A stretch of 64,000 nucleotides of DNA from Terriglobia bacterium (GTDB taxonomy: Bacteria; Acidobacteriota; Terriglobia; 20CM-2-55-15): assembly GCA_965198225.1 (NCBI GenBank), contig CBDAOY010000007.1, forward strand, positions 736,001 through 800,000. Direction: 5' to 3'. The translations under genes were made by a program, and so were the position numbers. This document shows positions 40,284 to 50,810 of this stretch, piece after piece. Numbering within the stretch: the first letter of the stretch is position 1; every line of letters begins with the position of its first letter. Below the pieces are notes generated by a model, which was not told where the DNA came from, searched no databases, and saw only the letters and a list, made by a program, of their open reading frames with translations.

Positions 40284-41600
40284 TCAGTCGTAATACTCCA
40301 TTCCCAGGTGGGTGATCAGTTCCTCGCCTCGCAAATACCTCAAGGTATTCTTTAATTTCATTAATTGAATGAATAGATCATGCTCGGGATACAGGCCCGG
40401 TGCGCACATGGGGCTCTTGAAGTAAAAGCTCAGCCATTCCTGTATGCCGTGCATGCCGCACCGCTGCGCCAGGTCGAGAAACAGGACCAGGTCCAGAACG
40501 ATCGGTGCGGCCAGAATGCTGTCGCGGCACAGGAAATCGATCTTGATCTGCATCGGACATCCCAACCAGCCGAAGATATCGATGTTGTCCCAGCCTTCCT
40601 TATTGTCGCCCCGGGGCGGATAGTAGTTGATCCGAACCTTGTGCGTGAAGTCACCATAAAGATCCGGATACAGGTCGGGTTGGAGGATCTGGTCGAGCAC
40701 TGACAACTTGCTCTCTTCTTTTGTCTTGAACGACTCCGGGTCGTCGAGCACTTCGCCATCCCGATTCCCGAGGATATTGGTCGAGAACCAGCCGTTCAAC
40801 CCGATCATTCGCGACTTCAGCCCTGGCGCGATGATGGTCTTCATGAGAGTCTGGCCGGTCTTGAAGTCCTTTCCGCAGATAGGAGCTCCCTTCTCCTGAG
40901 CGAGCTGGGTCAGGGCGGGAATGTCGAGGGTCAGATTCGGAGCACCGTTGGCGAAAGGGATTCCGCGCTGGAGCGCCGCGTACGCGTAGATCATGCTGGG
41001 GGCAATCGCGTCGTCGTTGTCCGCAAGAGCCTTTTCGAAAGCCTCCAGTGTCGCGTGCGGCGGTTGTGGCTCGCGGAACGCTTCGGTGCTGCCGCACCAG
41101 ACCATCACCATACGGTCCAGGTTGTTTTTCCGCCTGAAGTCATCGATATCTTCCATGACCTGTTCGGCGAGCTCCATCTTGGTCCTTCCGGTCTTGACGT
41201 TGGGACCGTCGATTCTCTTGACGTAGTTCTGGTCGAAAACCGCTTTCCAGGGGACGATTGTCTCGATTTCGTCCCGGACTTCCTCGAGCAGTCTCTGGTC
41301 GAGGACACCGGCTTTGACGGCGGCGTCGTAGCAGTTGTCTTCGTAAATATCCCAGCCGCCGAACACGAGATCATCCAGCCCTGCCAACGGCACAAAGTCC
41401 TTGATCTTGGGAACTCGATGCTCGGTCCGCTTACCGAGACGGATCGTTCCGAGCTGGGTCAGGGAGCCGACCGGTTGCGAGAGGCTCTTCTTGACGGCTT
41501 CCACGCCGGCTATGAACGTCGTGCTCACGGCCCCCAGACCCGGAATCAAGACTCCGAGCTTCCCGGCCGGCGACTGGATACTCACACCTTTTTCAATCAC
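40284..41600 (-). CDS. ino1: Inositol-3-phosphate synthase
   Basis: GLGAVST, FGGWD, GKDFKTGQT, NILGNRDG, CRDSILAAP; GTG start after GGAGGT. Confidence 0.94.
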   Translation of the reverse strand: MIEKGVSIQSPAGKLGVLIPGLGAVSTTFIAGVEAVKKSLSQPVGSLTQLGTIRLGKRTEHRVPKIKDFVPLAGLDDLVFGGWDIYEDNCYDAAVKAGVLDQRLLEEVRDEIETIVPWKAVFDQNYVKRIDGPNVKTGRTKMELAEQVMEDIDDFRRKNNLDRMVMVWCGSTEAFREPQPPHATLEAFEKALADNDDAIAPSMIYAYAALQRGIPFANGAPNLTLDIPALTQLAQEKGAPICGKDFKTGQTLMKTIIAPGLKSRMIGLNGWFSTNILGNRDGEVLDDPESFKTKEESKLSVLDQILQPDLYPDLYGDFTHKVRINYYPPRGDNKEGWDNIDIFGWLGCPMQIKIDFLCRDSILAAPIVLDLVLFLDLAQRCGMHGIQEWLSFYFKSPMCAPGLYPEHDLFIQLMKLKNTLRYLRGEELITHLGMEYYD

Positions 41601-41933
41601 TTCCACCTCCAACATTGGAGCGCGCTGAATTGTAGCAGATGGCGAAGATACGAAGCCAGCCAGCCCGCGGTAGAAGACGGTGCACGTATCCTCGTACCGG
41701 GGACGGTTCGATTGCCGAAACATCCGGCATTTCAACCCAAAGACGCCGAGAATGTTGTTCATGCGGGCAGTCCAGAACGCAACGTGAGTGCGACACCGTG
41801 GGGACGGAGACAAAGATAAGAGACCTCTACTACTTTGCGTATTTGCGTTGAAGTTCTAGATCGACTGTGAAGCGCGCTGTTCGAGTCGGGCTAAGCGCCG
41901 GGGTCGGCAGAGAATTCGTTTCATGTCACCGGA

Positions 41934-43889
41934 ATGCGGGATAATGAGCTCCTGATGCGTCGTTACCTGCTGGCCCTCCTCCTGCCAGCCATCGTCCTCG
42001 GATCGATCGGTTTCGCGTCACTCCTCTCGAGCGACCGGCCCAGCCGCCTCGACTACCGATTGGCTCGGGGAAGGGGCCTGCTGGATGGGGGGAACTATCT
42101 TCCGGCGCTGGAGATCTTCAAGCGGGCCGTCGAGGCGAATCCGGAAGGGGCCGCGGCGCGCACCCTGCTTGGAATCGTTCAGCTGCGCCTGCACCTCTAC
42201 CAGTCGGCCATCGAGACCTTCGAAGCAGCCAGGGAACTCGACCGTGGAGAAGCCGGCCCCTCGATCGGTCTCGCCCACGCGAGATTGGCCCTTGGGGAGG
42301 CCTCGGCTTCGATCGACGAAGCCACTCACGCGACCGAGGTCGAGCCGGATGCGGGCGAAGCATGGATTGTCCTGGCTCAGGCCCGTTGGATGGACCGCAG
42401 CTACGGGGATGCCGAGGCTGCCGCGCTCAGGGCCAGAGAGCTGGTCCCGGACAGTGCTCAGTCGCTTGAGGCCTTGCTCCACATCTATATGGATTCCGAG
42501 AAGCCGGCCAAGTTCGAGGCGCTGATCGACGATGTTCCGGATGGAAACCGGTCACTCCAGGGCCTGGTGGTTTCGTTCCTCGTCCGGCAGGGAGAGTTCG
42601 CTCGCGCGTGGCAACACCGGATGCGATTCGCCCGGCGACGAACGGAACTGGCGATCCTGGAAGCCGAACTCGCGCTCGACCGCGGATCGGGCCGGGTCGA
42701 CCTGCTTCCGAAGCTGATCCGTGACCTGGTCGCAGCGGGTCACTATGAGCGCGCTATCGAATACAGCCGCGGCTACACCGTGTCGGAGCCGATCGACGTA
42801 GAGATCGGGAAAGCATACTGGATGCTTGGAAACGTGGCTCGGGCCGTCCCGCGATTCGCGGCCGCCTCCCGCCGCGGGATCCACAAACTGACGGCAGAGG
42901 TGGCTCTGGCCATCATCACTGGAGATGTGCGTCATTGGCGGGAAGCGTTTCGGGCAGAGCACGTGAAAAGGGACTATCTCGTCCTCGCTCAACTCGACGG
43001 GTTGTCCTCCCAGGCGCCGCCCGCAGTCAAACCGTTCATCTGGCGCTACGCCGGTATTTACGAGCCGTATTTCTACAACCGCGCAGTGGAGGACGGGACG
43101 CTGCTGACCGGCCCAGAGTCGGATGACCTCGACACGCTGCTGACGATGGGGACAGCCTACGAGCGTCTCGGGCGACTCGACGAAGCACATCGTTACATCA
43201 CACGCGCGAGTGAATCCCACCCATCCGCCGCCGAGCCCGTGTCGAGGCTGGCAAAGCTGGCGATTCAGAAGGGGGAATCCGGCGAGGTTCTGGACCTGAT
43301 GGAACGGGCCGTGGCGATGCAGCCCTCCGATCCGCGGTACCTCTACGATCTCGGCTGGATGTACGACGCGTTGTCTGAGCAGGATCTGGCGGTTCGTCTC
43401 TACCGTCGGGCGATCGCTGCCAGCGAGTTGAGTTTCGAGGCAATGAACAACCTTGCCCTGATTTACAGCGAACGCGGACAGGATGACCAGGCCCGGACTC
43501 TTCTAGAACGCGCGATCGCAATCGATCCCGCCAGCGAGGCGGCATATTTCAACCTGGCGCGCTATTACGGCGACCGGGAGGAATGGAAGGCGGCGCTCGC
43601 GACATATGATCGTGTCCTCGACATCAACCCCCTGAACTCGGCCGCCTGGGTGGAGCAGGCAAGAATACGGTTGAGTCAAGGAGAACTCGAGGAGGCCGTA
43701 GACCTCCTGAACGAAGCGTTGGAGATGAATTCGCAGCATTTCGAAGCCTACCTGCTGGTCTCTTCGGCGTACGAAAAGCTCGGACATCTCGATGCGGCAC
43801 TGGGTGCGGCCGCAGAGGCGCGGCGGATCGACCCGGAAGATCCTGAACTGGCCACCGTGCTGGCGCGGCTTCAGGAGGACCGGGAATGA
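41934..43889 (+). CDS. Membrane-anchored TPR-repeat protein
   Basis: N-terminal TM helix and many TPR repeats; start may be 41955. Confidence 0.85.
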   Translation: MRDNELLMRRYLLALLLPAIVLGSIGFASLLSSDRPSRLDYRLARGRGLLDGGNYLPALEIFKRAVEANPEGAAARTLLGIVQLRLHLYQSAIETFEAARELDRGEAGPSIGLAHARLALGEASASIDEATHATEVEPDAGEAWIVLAQARWMDRSYGDAEAAALRARELVPDSAQSLEALLHIYMDSEKPAKFEALIDDVPDGNRSLQGLVVSFLVRQGEFARAWQHRMRFARRRTELAILEAELALDRGSGRVDLLPKLIRDLVAAGHYERAIEYSRGYTVSEPIDVEIGKAYWMLGNVARAVPRFAAASRRGIHKLTAEVALAIITGDVRHWREAFRAEHVKRDYLVLAQLDGLSSQAPPAVKPFIWRYAGIYEPYFYNRAVEDGTLLTGPESDDLDTLLTMGTAYERLGRLDEAHRYITRASESHPSAAEPVSRLAKLAIQKGESGEVLDLMERAVAMQPSDPRYLYDLGWMYDALSEQDLAVRLYRRAIAASELSFEAMNNLALIYSERGQDDQARTLLERAIAIDPASEAAYFNLARYYGDREEWKAALATYDRVLDINPLNSAAWVEQARIRLSQGELEEAVDLLNEALEMNSQHFEAYLLVSSAYEKLGHLDAALGAAAEARRIDPEDPELATVLARLQEDRE

Positions 43890-45292
43890 GACGCACGAAG
43901 CTCGTGTGTACGATCGGGCCGGCTTGCGATTCCGACCAGATGCTCGAGGCGTTGATCGATGTCGGCATGAATGTCGCCCGGATCAACTTTTCCCACGGCA
44001 GCGAGGACTACCACCGCATGCTGATTCGCCGGATTCGTAGCATCCGCGAGCGAATGGGGACGTCCACGGCCATCCTGCAGGACCTGCAGGGACCCAAGAT
44101 ACGGCTCGGCTCGATTGCATCAGGCAACGTGATGCTGGAGCCCGACCAAGTTTTTGTCCTTACTGCCGAGCCCGTTCCCGGGGATCAACAATCGGCCTCG
44201 GTTTCCCTCGCGACGCTTCCGGAAGTCGTTTTGAAGGGGCATCAGATCTTGCTTTCGGATGGCAAGATCGAACTTGTCGTCGAGGATGTCCGCCCGCCCG
44301 AGGTCTATTGCAGGGTCGTCGTGGGCGGGCTCCTCAGCTCCCACAAAGGCATCAACCTGCCGGTGTCCCATGTCCAGGTGGACTCGCTGACCGAGAAAGA
44401 CGATCAAGATCTCAAGATCGGACTGGAAGAAGGCGTGGATATGATCGCGTTGAGCTTCGTCCGAAACGAACAAGACGTTCTTTCTGCCCGGAAGGCGGTC
44501 CGTAGCCATGGCCGGGAAGTGCCGATCATCGCCAAGATCGAGAAACATGAAGCGGTCGACAACATCGACGCGATCGTCGCTGTGGCCGACGGCGTGATGG
44601 TCGCCCGGGGGGACCTTGGGGTCGAGATCGATCTGGAACGGGTTCCTCTCGTCCAGAAGATGATCATCCGGAAGACCAACGCCGTCGGCAAGCCGGTGAT
44701 CACCGCAACCCAGATGTTGCTGCGGATGGTAGACAATCCGCGCCCGACTCGAGCGGAAGCCACCGACGTTGCAAACGCGATCCTGGACGGCACGGACGCT
44801 CTCATGCTTTCGGAAGAAACAGCAGCGGGCAAGTACCCCGTTGAAGCGGCGCGGATGATGGGCCGAATCGCGAATTCGACCGAGGAAAGCCTGGATCCGT
44901 CAAAATTCGGCTGGCTGCCTTCCGACTACCCCTCGGTCAACGATGCGATCAGCCACTCCAGCTTCCACATCGCCAAGGGAGTCGATGCCGCCGCGATCAT
45001 CACCCCGACCTGGTCGGGGTCGACTGCGCGGCTCGTCTCTCGCTTTCGTCCGACGCAGCCGATAATCGCGACGACCGCCAATCCCATCACGCAGTACTTT
45101 CTTTCCTTGTGCTGGGGCGTGACCCCCTTGATGATTCCCGATGCGGTCACGATCGACGACGTGATCGCTTACTCGATCAATGCCGCCCGGGATAATGGGC
45201 ACGTGGCGGAAGGTCAGCACGTGGTCGTCACAGCCGGCACTCCTGTCAACGTCGTCGGTACGACGAACCTCATCAAAGTGCACAAGGTGTAG
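43886..45292 (+). CDS. pyk: Pyruvate kinase
   Basis: TKLVCTIGP, RINFSHG, DLQGPKIR, MVARGDLG, TATQML, TRAE. Confidence 0.98.
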   Translation: MRRTKLVCTIGPACDSDQMLEALIDVGMNVARINFSHGSEDYHRMLIRRIRSIRERMGTSTAILQDLQGPKIRLGSIASGNVMLEPDQVFVLTAEPVPGDQQSASVSLATLPEVVLKGHQILLSDGKIELVVEDVRPPEVYCRVVVGGLLSSHKGINLPVSHVQVDSLTEKDDQDLKIGLEEGVDMIALSFVRNEQDVLSARKAVRSHGREVPIIAKIEKHEAVDNIDAIVAVADGVMVARGDLGVEIDLERVPLVQKMIIRKTNAVGKPVITATQMLLRMVDNPRPTRAEATDVANAILDGTDALMLSEETAAGKYPVEAARMMGRIANSTEESLDPSKFGWLPSDYPSVNDAISHSSFHIAKGVDAAAIITPTWSGSTARLVSRFRPTQPIIATTANPITQYFLSLCWGVTPLMIPDAVTIDDVIAYSINAARDNGHVAEGQHVVVTAGTPVNVVGTTNLIKVHKV

Positions 45293-45387
45293 TGGGGAAG
45301 TAGGACGTAGGCCGTTGTCGGTAGGCCGTTGGCGGCTGCGCCGCCCGCCACCCGGAAATTTCCCTTGCCCCGCTCAGCGGAATGGGC

Positions 45388-45516
45388 CGTGAGAGAGCCA
45401 ATGTGAGGGGGACAGGGGCCTGGCCCTGTCCCCGGGTTTTCGCTGAGCAGAAATGTTTGGGAACGATCGCTTACGATCTGCCTGGCCCTGTCCCCGGGTT
45501 TTTCGCCAAGCGAAAA
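45388..45516. repeat. Family B palindrome plus a partial second copy
   Basis: gagagagccaatgtgagggggacaggggcctggccctgtccccgggttttcg; partial copy at 45481. Confidence 0.85.
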
Positions 45517-45613
45517 GGCCTGGGAACGACCTCCTTCCGCGCCGTTGACAGCGGGCACGCGGGTTGCGTAGAGTAACTGATTTGCTTTCAGCCCATTTTC
45601 GAAGTGAGGCGAC

Positions 45614-46780
45614 ATGAAAATCCATGAGTATCAGGCCAAGTCGATTCTCGCCCGGTATGGGGTGAGGATCCCTCGCGGGGGAGTGGTTCAGGACGCCGCC
45701 GGAGCACGAAAGGTGGCTGAGCAACTCGGTGGTACGGTTGTCGTGAAGGCGCAGATCCATGCCGGCGGCCGCGGAAAGGGCGGTGGCGTGAAGCTGGCAA
45801 AGACGCCCGCGGAAGCCGAGCAAGTCGCCGCGGAAATGATCGGGATGCAGCTGGTCACGCATCAGACCGGACCTGAGGGTCGGATTGTGGAGAAGGTGCT
45901 GGTCGAGGAGGGTTTGGACATCCGTGACGAGCTTTACCTTGGACTTGTGATCGACCGGGGAGCCGGCGGGCCGGTCCTGATGGCCTCCACCGAAGGCGGC
46001 ATCGACATCGAAGAGGTTGCCGCGAAAACTCCGGAGCTCATCCTGAAGGAGTACATCGAACCGGGGATGGGTCTCCAGCCTTTTCAGGCGAGGAAGCTGG
46101 CCTTCGGGCTTGGCCTCGCCCCGGGCCTTGTAAGCGACGCCGCGAAGTTCATGATCGCGTTGTACCGGGCGTTTGAAGACACAGATGCGTCGCTGGCCGA
46201 AATCAACCCTTTCCTCGTGACCGCCGACGACATGGTCTACGCCCTGGATGCGAAGATGAACTTCGACGACAATGCGCTCCATCGCCAGGCGGACATCAGG
46301 GAACTGCGGGATCTGAACGAGGAAGAGCCGCTCGAAATCGAGGCGAGCAAATACGGACTGAACTACATCAAGCTCGATGGCAACGTTGCCTGCATGGTGA
46401 ATGGGGCCGGTCTCGCCATGGCGACGATGGACATTATCAAGCTTGCGGGCGGCAATCCGGCGAACTTCCTTGACGTTGGCGGAGGCGCCTCCGCCGAACA
46501 AGTCGAGAACGCTTTTCGCATCCTTGTATCCGATGAGAACGTCCAGGCGGTCCTGATCAACATCTTCGGCGGGATCATGCGCGGCGATATCGTGGCCGCG
46601 GGTGTGGTCGAAGCCTGCAAGAAAATAGGGGTGAAGGTGCCGGTGGTCGTCCGGCTCGAGGGTACGAACGTAGAGCAGGGACAGGAGATCCTCCGCAGCT
46701 CCGGCCTGAACTTCATCGTTGCCGACGGAATGAAGGATGCGGCTGAGAAAGTCGTTCGAGCAGCGGGGGAGAGTTCATGA
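45614..46780 (+). CDS. sucC: Succinyl-CoA synthetase beta subunit
   Basis: [36 protein letters not shown]. Confidence 0.98.
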   Translation: MKIHEYQAKSILARYGVRIPRGGVVQDAAGARKVAEQLGGTVVVKAQIHAGGRGKGGGVKLAKTPAEAEQVAAEMIGMQLVTHQTGPEGRIVEKVLVEEGLDIRDELYLGLVIDRGAGGPVLMASTEGGIDIEEVAAKTPELILKEYIEPGMGLQPFQARKLAFGLGLAPGLVSDAAKFMIALYRAFEDTDASLAEINPFLVTADDMVYALDAKMNFDDNALHRQADIRELRDLNEEEPLEIEASKYGLNYIKLDGNVACMVNGAGLAMATMDIIKLAGGNPANFLDVGGGASAEQVENAFRILVSDENVQAVLINIFGGIMRGDIVAAGVVEACKKIGVKVPVVVRLEGTNVEQGQEILRSSGLNFIVADGMKDAAEKVVRAAGESS

Positions 46781-47643
46781 GTGTCTTGGTCGACAAGTCC
46801 ACGCGCTTGATCGTTCAGGGAATCACGGGACGTGAGGGGAGTTTCCACACCCGGCAAGCCGTGGAGTACGGTACGACAGTCGTCGGTGGTGTGACGCCGG
46901 GTAAAGGCGGCACAAAGCACGAAGGGATCGATGTATTCAACAGCGTCGACGAGGCGCGCCGGAATACCGGCGCGGACGCATCGGTGATCTTCGTGCCTCC
47001 CCCGTTCGCGGCTGACGCCATCATGGAAGCGGGGGACGCCGGAATCGAACTCGTCGTGTGCATCACCGAGGGCGTTCCCACGTTTGACATGATCCGGGTA
47101 ACACAGTTCCTGGATGGGCGACCGACCCGCCTGGTCGGACCGAACTGTCCCGGAGTCATCTCGCCCGGCAAATGCAAACTCGGAATCATGCCCGGACATA
47201 TCCATCGCGAGGGAGGGGTCGGTGTCGTGTCCAGAAGCGGCACGCTGACCTACGAGGCGGTCGGCCAGCTCTCAGGTCGCAATATCGGCCAATCCACATG
47301 CATCGGTATCGGCGGGGATCCGATCATCGGTACGAACTTTATCGATGCGATCCGGTTGTTCAACGAGGATCCGGACACCGAGGCGATCGTCATGATCGGC
47401 GAAATCGGCGGAACGGCTGAAGAAGAAGCCGCCGCCTACGTTACTGAACACGTCGACAAGCCGATCGTTGGTTTCATCTGTGGCCAGACTGCGCCTCCGG
47501 GAAGACGGATGGGGCATGCCGGCGCGATCATCGCCGGCGGAAAAGGGACAGCAGCGGAAAAGATGAGGGCGATGGAGGAAGCCGGTATCCGCGTCGTCAA
47601 GAGCCCGGCCGACATGGGCGAAGCGATCGCGGCGCTGTTGTAG
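46777..47643 (+). CDS. sucD: Succinyl-CoA synthetase alpha subunit
   Basis: [27 protein letters not shown]. Confidence 0.98.
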   Translation: MSVLVDKSTRLIVQGITGREGSFHTRQAVEYGTTVVGGVTPGKGGTKHEGIDVFNSVDEARRNTGADASVIFVPPPFAADAIMEAGDAGIELVVCITEGVPTFDMIRVTQFLDGRPTRLVGPNCPGVISPGKCKLGIMPGHIHREGGVGVVSRSGTLTYEAVGQLSGRNIGQSTCIGIGGDPIIGTNFIDAIRLFNEDPDTEAIVMIGEIGGTAEEEAAAYVTEHVDKPIVGFICGQTAPPGRRMGHAGAIIAGGKGTAAEKMRAMEEAGIRVVKSPADMGEAIAALL

Positions 47644-47915
47644 CAGCCCGTGGCAGAACTCTGCAGGGCCGCGTTACGGCCAAACGGGGTCGGATTCTAG
47701 GAGGCGAGGACGAAACAATGCTCTTTCATTGGGAGGAGTCGGCGACAACGAAGACGGCCCCGTTTCGCCGTAACCCGAAGGGCGCAGGGGGGTTCGGGCC
47801 GCAGGCCTTGTCGCTCGTCGGTCACGATGAATGATCATCGCTCCGCTCCTCTCTTCGCGCCTGCAACCCGAAGACCCCTGCGCGCGACCCTGCAGAGTTC
47901 TGCCACGGGCTGCTA
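47641..47915. mobile_element. MITE-like TIR element, family D copy 3 (different TIR)
   Basis: Perfect 28-bp TIR TAGCAGCCCGTGGCAGAACTCTGCAGGG; core as in copies 1 and 2. Confidence 0.8.
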
Positions 47916-47945
47916 GTCAAGTCATAGGAAGGAATAGATCCGAAA

Positions 47946-48359
47946 ATGGAAAGAACGTTGACGATTCTGAAGCCCGACACCCTCCAGGCGCGCAACGCCG
48001 GCGCGATCATCACGATGCTGGAAGGCGAGGGCTTCCGTATCCTTGCGTCGAAAATCTTGCACCTGAGCCAGGAGGAGGCCCAAGGTTTTTATGACGTGCA
48101 TCGGGAACGACCCTTCTTCCAGAGCCTGATAACCTTCATGACCGAGGGGCCCGTGATCGTTATGACGATCGAGGCCGACAACGCGATAGAGCGACTTCGC
48201 GGGGTGATGGGAGCGACCGATCCCGCAAAAGCGGACGAGGGCACGATCCGAAAACTGTTCGGGACCAACATTGAACGCAACGCGATTCACGGGTCCGATG
48301 CTCCTGAAACGGCAGCTTTCGAGATTTCCTACTTTTTCAGCCAGCTCGAGATTGTTTGA
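47946..48359 (+). CDS. ndk: Nucleoside diphosphate kinase
   Basis: [29 protein letters not shown]. Confidence 0.98.
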   Translation: MERTLTILKPDTLQARNAGAIITMLEGEGFRILASKILHLSQEEAQGFYDVHRERPFFQSLITFMTEGPVIVMTIEADNAIERLRGVMGATDPAKADEGTIRKLFGTNIERNAIHGSDAPETAAFEISYFFSQLEIV

Positions 48360-48369
48360 AGAGGACCAT

Positions 48370-49425
48370 ATGATCGGAAAGATTCAAGAGATACTCGCCG
48401 ATGATGCTTCGGGTCTCCTGGAGCACGAGTGCAGGACGATTCCTAAGGAGTCGCTGCACCTGCCGGGCCCGGACTTCGTGGACCGGGTGCACACCCTTTC
48501 GGACCGCCCGACCCGCGTCCTCCGCAGCCTGACAGGCCTGACCGGCTCCGGCCGGCTTGCGGGTACCGGCTATGTTTCGATCCTGCCGGTGGATCAAGGT
48601 ATCGAACACTCCGCGGGAGCTTCGTTTGCGCCCAACCCGGCGTACTTCGACCCATCCAACATCGTTGAGCTCGCGATCGAAGGCGGATGCAACGCCGTCG
48701 CGTCGACCCTGGGTGTCCTCGGTGCCGTTTCGAGGAAGTATGCGCACCGGATTCCCTTTATCCTGAAGTTCAACCACAATGAATTTCTCTCATACCCGAA
48801 CTCTTACGATCAGATCGTGTTTGGCAGCATCGACCAGGCGTTCGAGCTCGGCGCCCTCGGCGTCGGTGCGACGATTTACTTCGGTTCCGAGGAATCGCGC
48901 CGCCAGCTCCAGGAAGTCACCGAAATGTTCCAGTACGCTCACGAGCTCGGCATGTGCACCGTCCTCTGGTGTTACCTGAGGAACCCGGCCTTCAAGACCC
49001 AGGACGGTGACTTCCACGCGTCTGCCGACCTGACCGGCCAGGCCAATCATCTGGGCGTGACCATCGAGGCCGACATCATCAAACAGAAGCTCCCCGATAG
49101 AAACGGGGGCTACACTGCACTCAGCTTCGGCAAGACCCACAAGAAGGTGTACTCGGAATTGACCTCCGATCACCCGATCGATCTCACACGTTACCAGGTC
49201 GCCAACTGCTACATGGGGCGTTCGGGCCTGATCAATTCCGGCGGAGCCTCGGCGGGCGAAAGCGACCTGAAAGAGGCCGTGATGACGGCTGTCATCAACA
49301 AACGTGCTGGAGGGATGGGACTGATTTCGGGGCGAAAGGCGTTTCAGCGACCGCTCGAAGAGGGCGTCGCGCTTTTAAACGCGATCCAGGATGTGTATCT
49401 GGCCGAGGAAGTCACCATCGCCTAG
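48370..49425 (+). CDS. fbaB: Class I fructose-bisphosphate aldolase
   Basis: [30 protein letters not shown]. Confidence 0.95.
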   Translation: MIGKIQEILADDASGLLEHECRTIPKESLHLPGPDFVDRVHTLSDRPTRVLRSLTGLTGSGRLAGTGYVSILPVDQGIEHSAGASFAPNPAYFDPSNIVELAIEGGCNAVASTLGVLGAVSRKYAHRIPFILKFNHNEFLSYPNSYDQIVFGSIDQAFELGALGVGATIYFGSEESRRQLQEVTEMFQYAHELGMCTVLWCYLRNPAFKTQDGDFHASADLTGQANHLGVTIEADIIKQKLPDRNGGYTALSFGKTHKKVYSELTSDHPIDLTRYQVANCYMGRSGLINSGGASAGESDLKEAVMTAVINKRAGGMGLISGRKAFQRPLEEGVALLNAIQDVYLAEEVTIA

Positions 49426-49467
49426 CGACGAGTGTGGGCGCAACAGAACCGTTCGGCGAGGACGGTG

Positions 49468-50763
49468 ATGGAAACTTTCCAACCACAGCGTACGGTTTAT
49501 ACCGTCTCCGACGTCAGTGGCCGTATCAAGGAGCTCATCGAGCGCCAGTTCACTGACGTTTGGGTCGAAGGGGAAGTGTCCAACCTGCGCTCCTCGGCTG
49601 CCGGCCATATCTATTTCACTCTGAAGGACGATCGGTCGCAGCTTCCCGCCGTATGCTTCCGCAACGCCGCGATGTATCTGCGGTTCAAACCCGAGAACGG
49701 AAAGTCGTTCCGCGTTCGCGGTCGGGTGACGACTTACGAAGTCCGGGGCGAGTATCAGATCATCGTAGAAGTCCTCGAGCCGGTCGGCGTCGGGGCTCTG
49801 CAGCAGGCGTTCGATCGCCTCAAGGCGAAGCTGGACGCTGAGGGTCTGTTCGCCGCCGAACGGAAACGGCCCCTTCCCCCCTTCCCGTCTCGTGTCGGGA
49901 TCGTCACCTCCCCGAAGAGCGCGGCGATCCGTGACATCCTGTCCGTGCTGCGGAGGCGCCACGACGCTATCGACGTCTTGATCTATCCGACGGATGTTCA
50001 GGGGGATGCCGCCTCTCGGCAGATTGCGGCGGGCATCGATCACCTCGGCCTCGAGCCGGGTATCGACGTGATTATCGTGACCCGCGGAGGAGGCTCGCTC
50101 GAAGATCTCTGGCCCTTCAACGAAGAACGGGTTGCCCGGGCGATTGCGCGATCCGAACGTCCGGTCATCTCGGCCGTGGGCCATGAGGTGGACTTCACGA
50201 TCAGCGACCTCGTTGCCGACCTTCGCGCTCCGACGCCGAGTGCGGCTGCGGAGATCGTCACGTCGCGGAAGGACGAGGTGGTCGAGCGGTTGGAGCGGGG
50301 AGAAGCGAGAATGTCGGCGGCGCTCAAGTATCGTCTGTCGGAACTGCGCCGGTTTCTGGCGACCAAGGTCGGAGGCCGTGGCTTCGTGGTCGCTGAGAAT
50401 CGAATTCGTCAACTGGCGCAGCGCGTCGACGACTGCGGTTTTCGACTCGAACAACTCGGGCGATCCGGGCAGTTCGTTGCCGGGCCTTCTCATCGTCTCC
50501 AACTCAACGACCGCGCCATGTCCGAAGGGATGACGCGGACGCTCATGGCTCTCCGTGGGCGGTTCTCGGGTCTCACCCAGACTCTGGACGCGCTGAGTCC
50601 GCTCTCCGTCCTGGAGCGCGGGTATGCGGTGTGTCGCACGTCGGCGGGAATCGTCGTGCGCCGGTCGGCCCAAGTCGCCGTCGATACCGAGGTTGACATT
50701 CTGCTTCACGAGGGGGGACTGACAGCACGAGTCACAGCCGTGAAGAGCAGGGCGGAAGAATAG
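49468..50763 (+). CDS. xseA: Exodeoxyribonuclease VII large subunit
   Basis: GEVSN, GHIYF, RGGGSLEDLW, GHEVD, RAPTPSAAAE, LERGYA. Confidence 0.96.
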   Translation: METFQPQRTVYTVSDVSGRIKELIERQFTDVWVEGEVSNLRSSAAGHIYFTLKDDRSQLPAVCFRNAAMYLRFKPENGKSFRVRGRVTTYEVRGEYQIIVEVLEPVGVGALQQAFDRLKAKLDAEGLFAAERKRPLPPFPSRVGIVTSPKSAAIRDILSVLRRRHDAIDVLIYPTDVQGDAASRQIAAGIDHLGLEPGIDVIIVTRGGGSLEDLWPFNEERVARAIARSERPVISAVGHEVDFTISDLVADLRAPTPSAAAEIVTSRKDEVVERLERGEARMSAALKYRLSELRRFLATKVGGRGFVVAENRIRQLAQRVDDCGFRLEQLGRSGQFVAGPSHRLQLNDRAMSEGMTRTLMALRGRFSGLTQTLDALSPLSVLERGYAVCRTSAGIVVRRSAQVAVDTEVDILLHEGGLTARVTAVKSRAEE

Positions 50764-50775
50764 TCGATGACCGAA

Positions 50776-50800
50776 TTAGTGACCTGTTACAGGCCACTAG
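50776..50800. repeat. Collapsed family D TIR palindrome
   Basis: TTAGTGACCTGTTACAGGCCACTAG. Confidence 0.7.
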
Positions 50801-50810
50801 GGGAGGGAAG

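Noticed and set aside
49468-50763. xseA without adjacent xseB
   Set aside because: The two genes are often unlinked, so this is uninformative from one window
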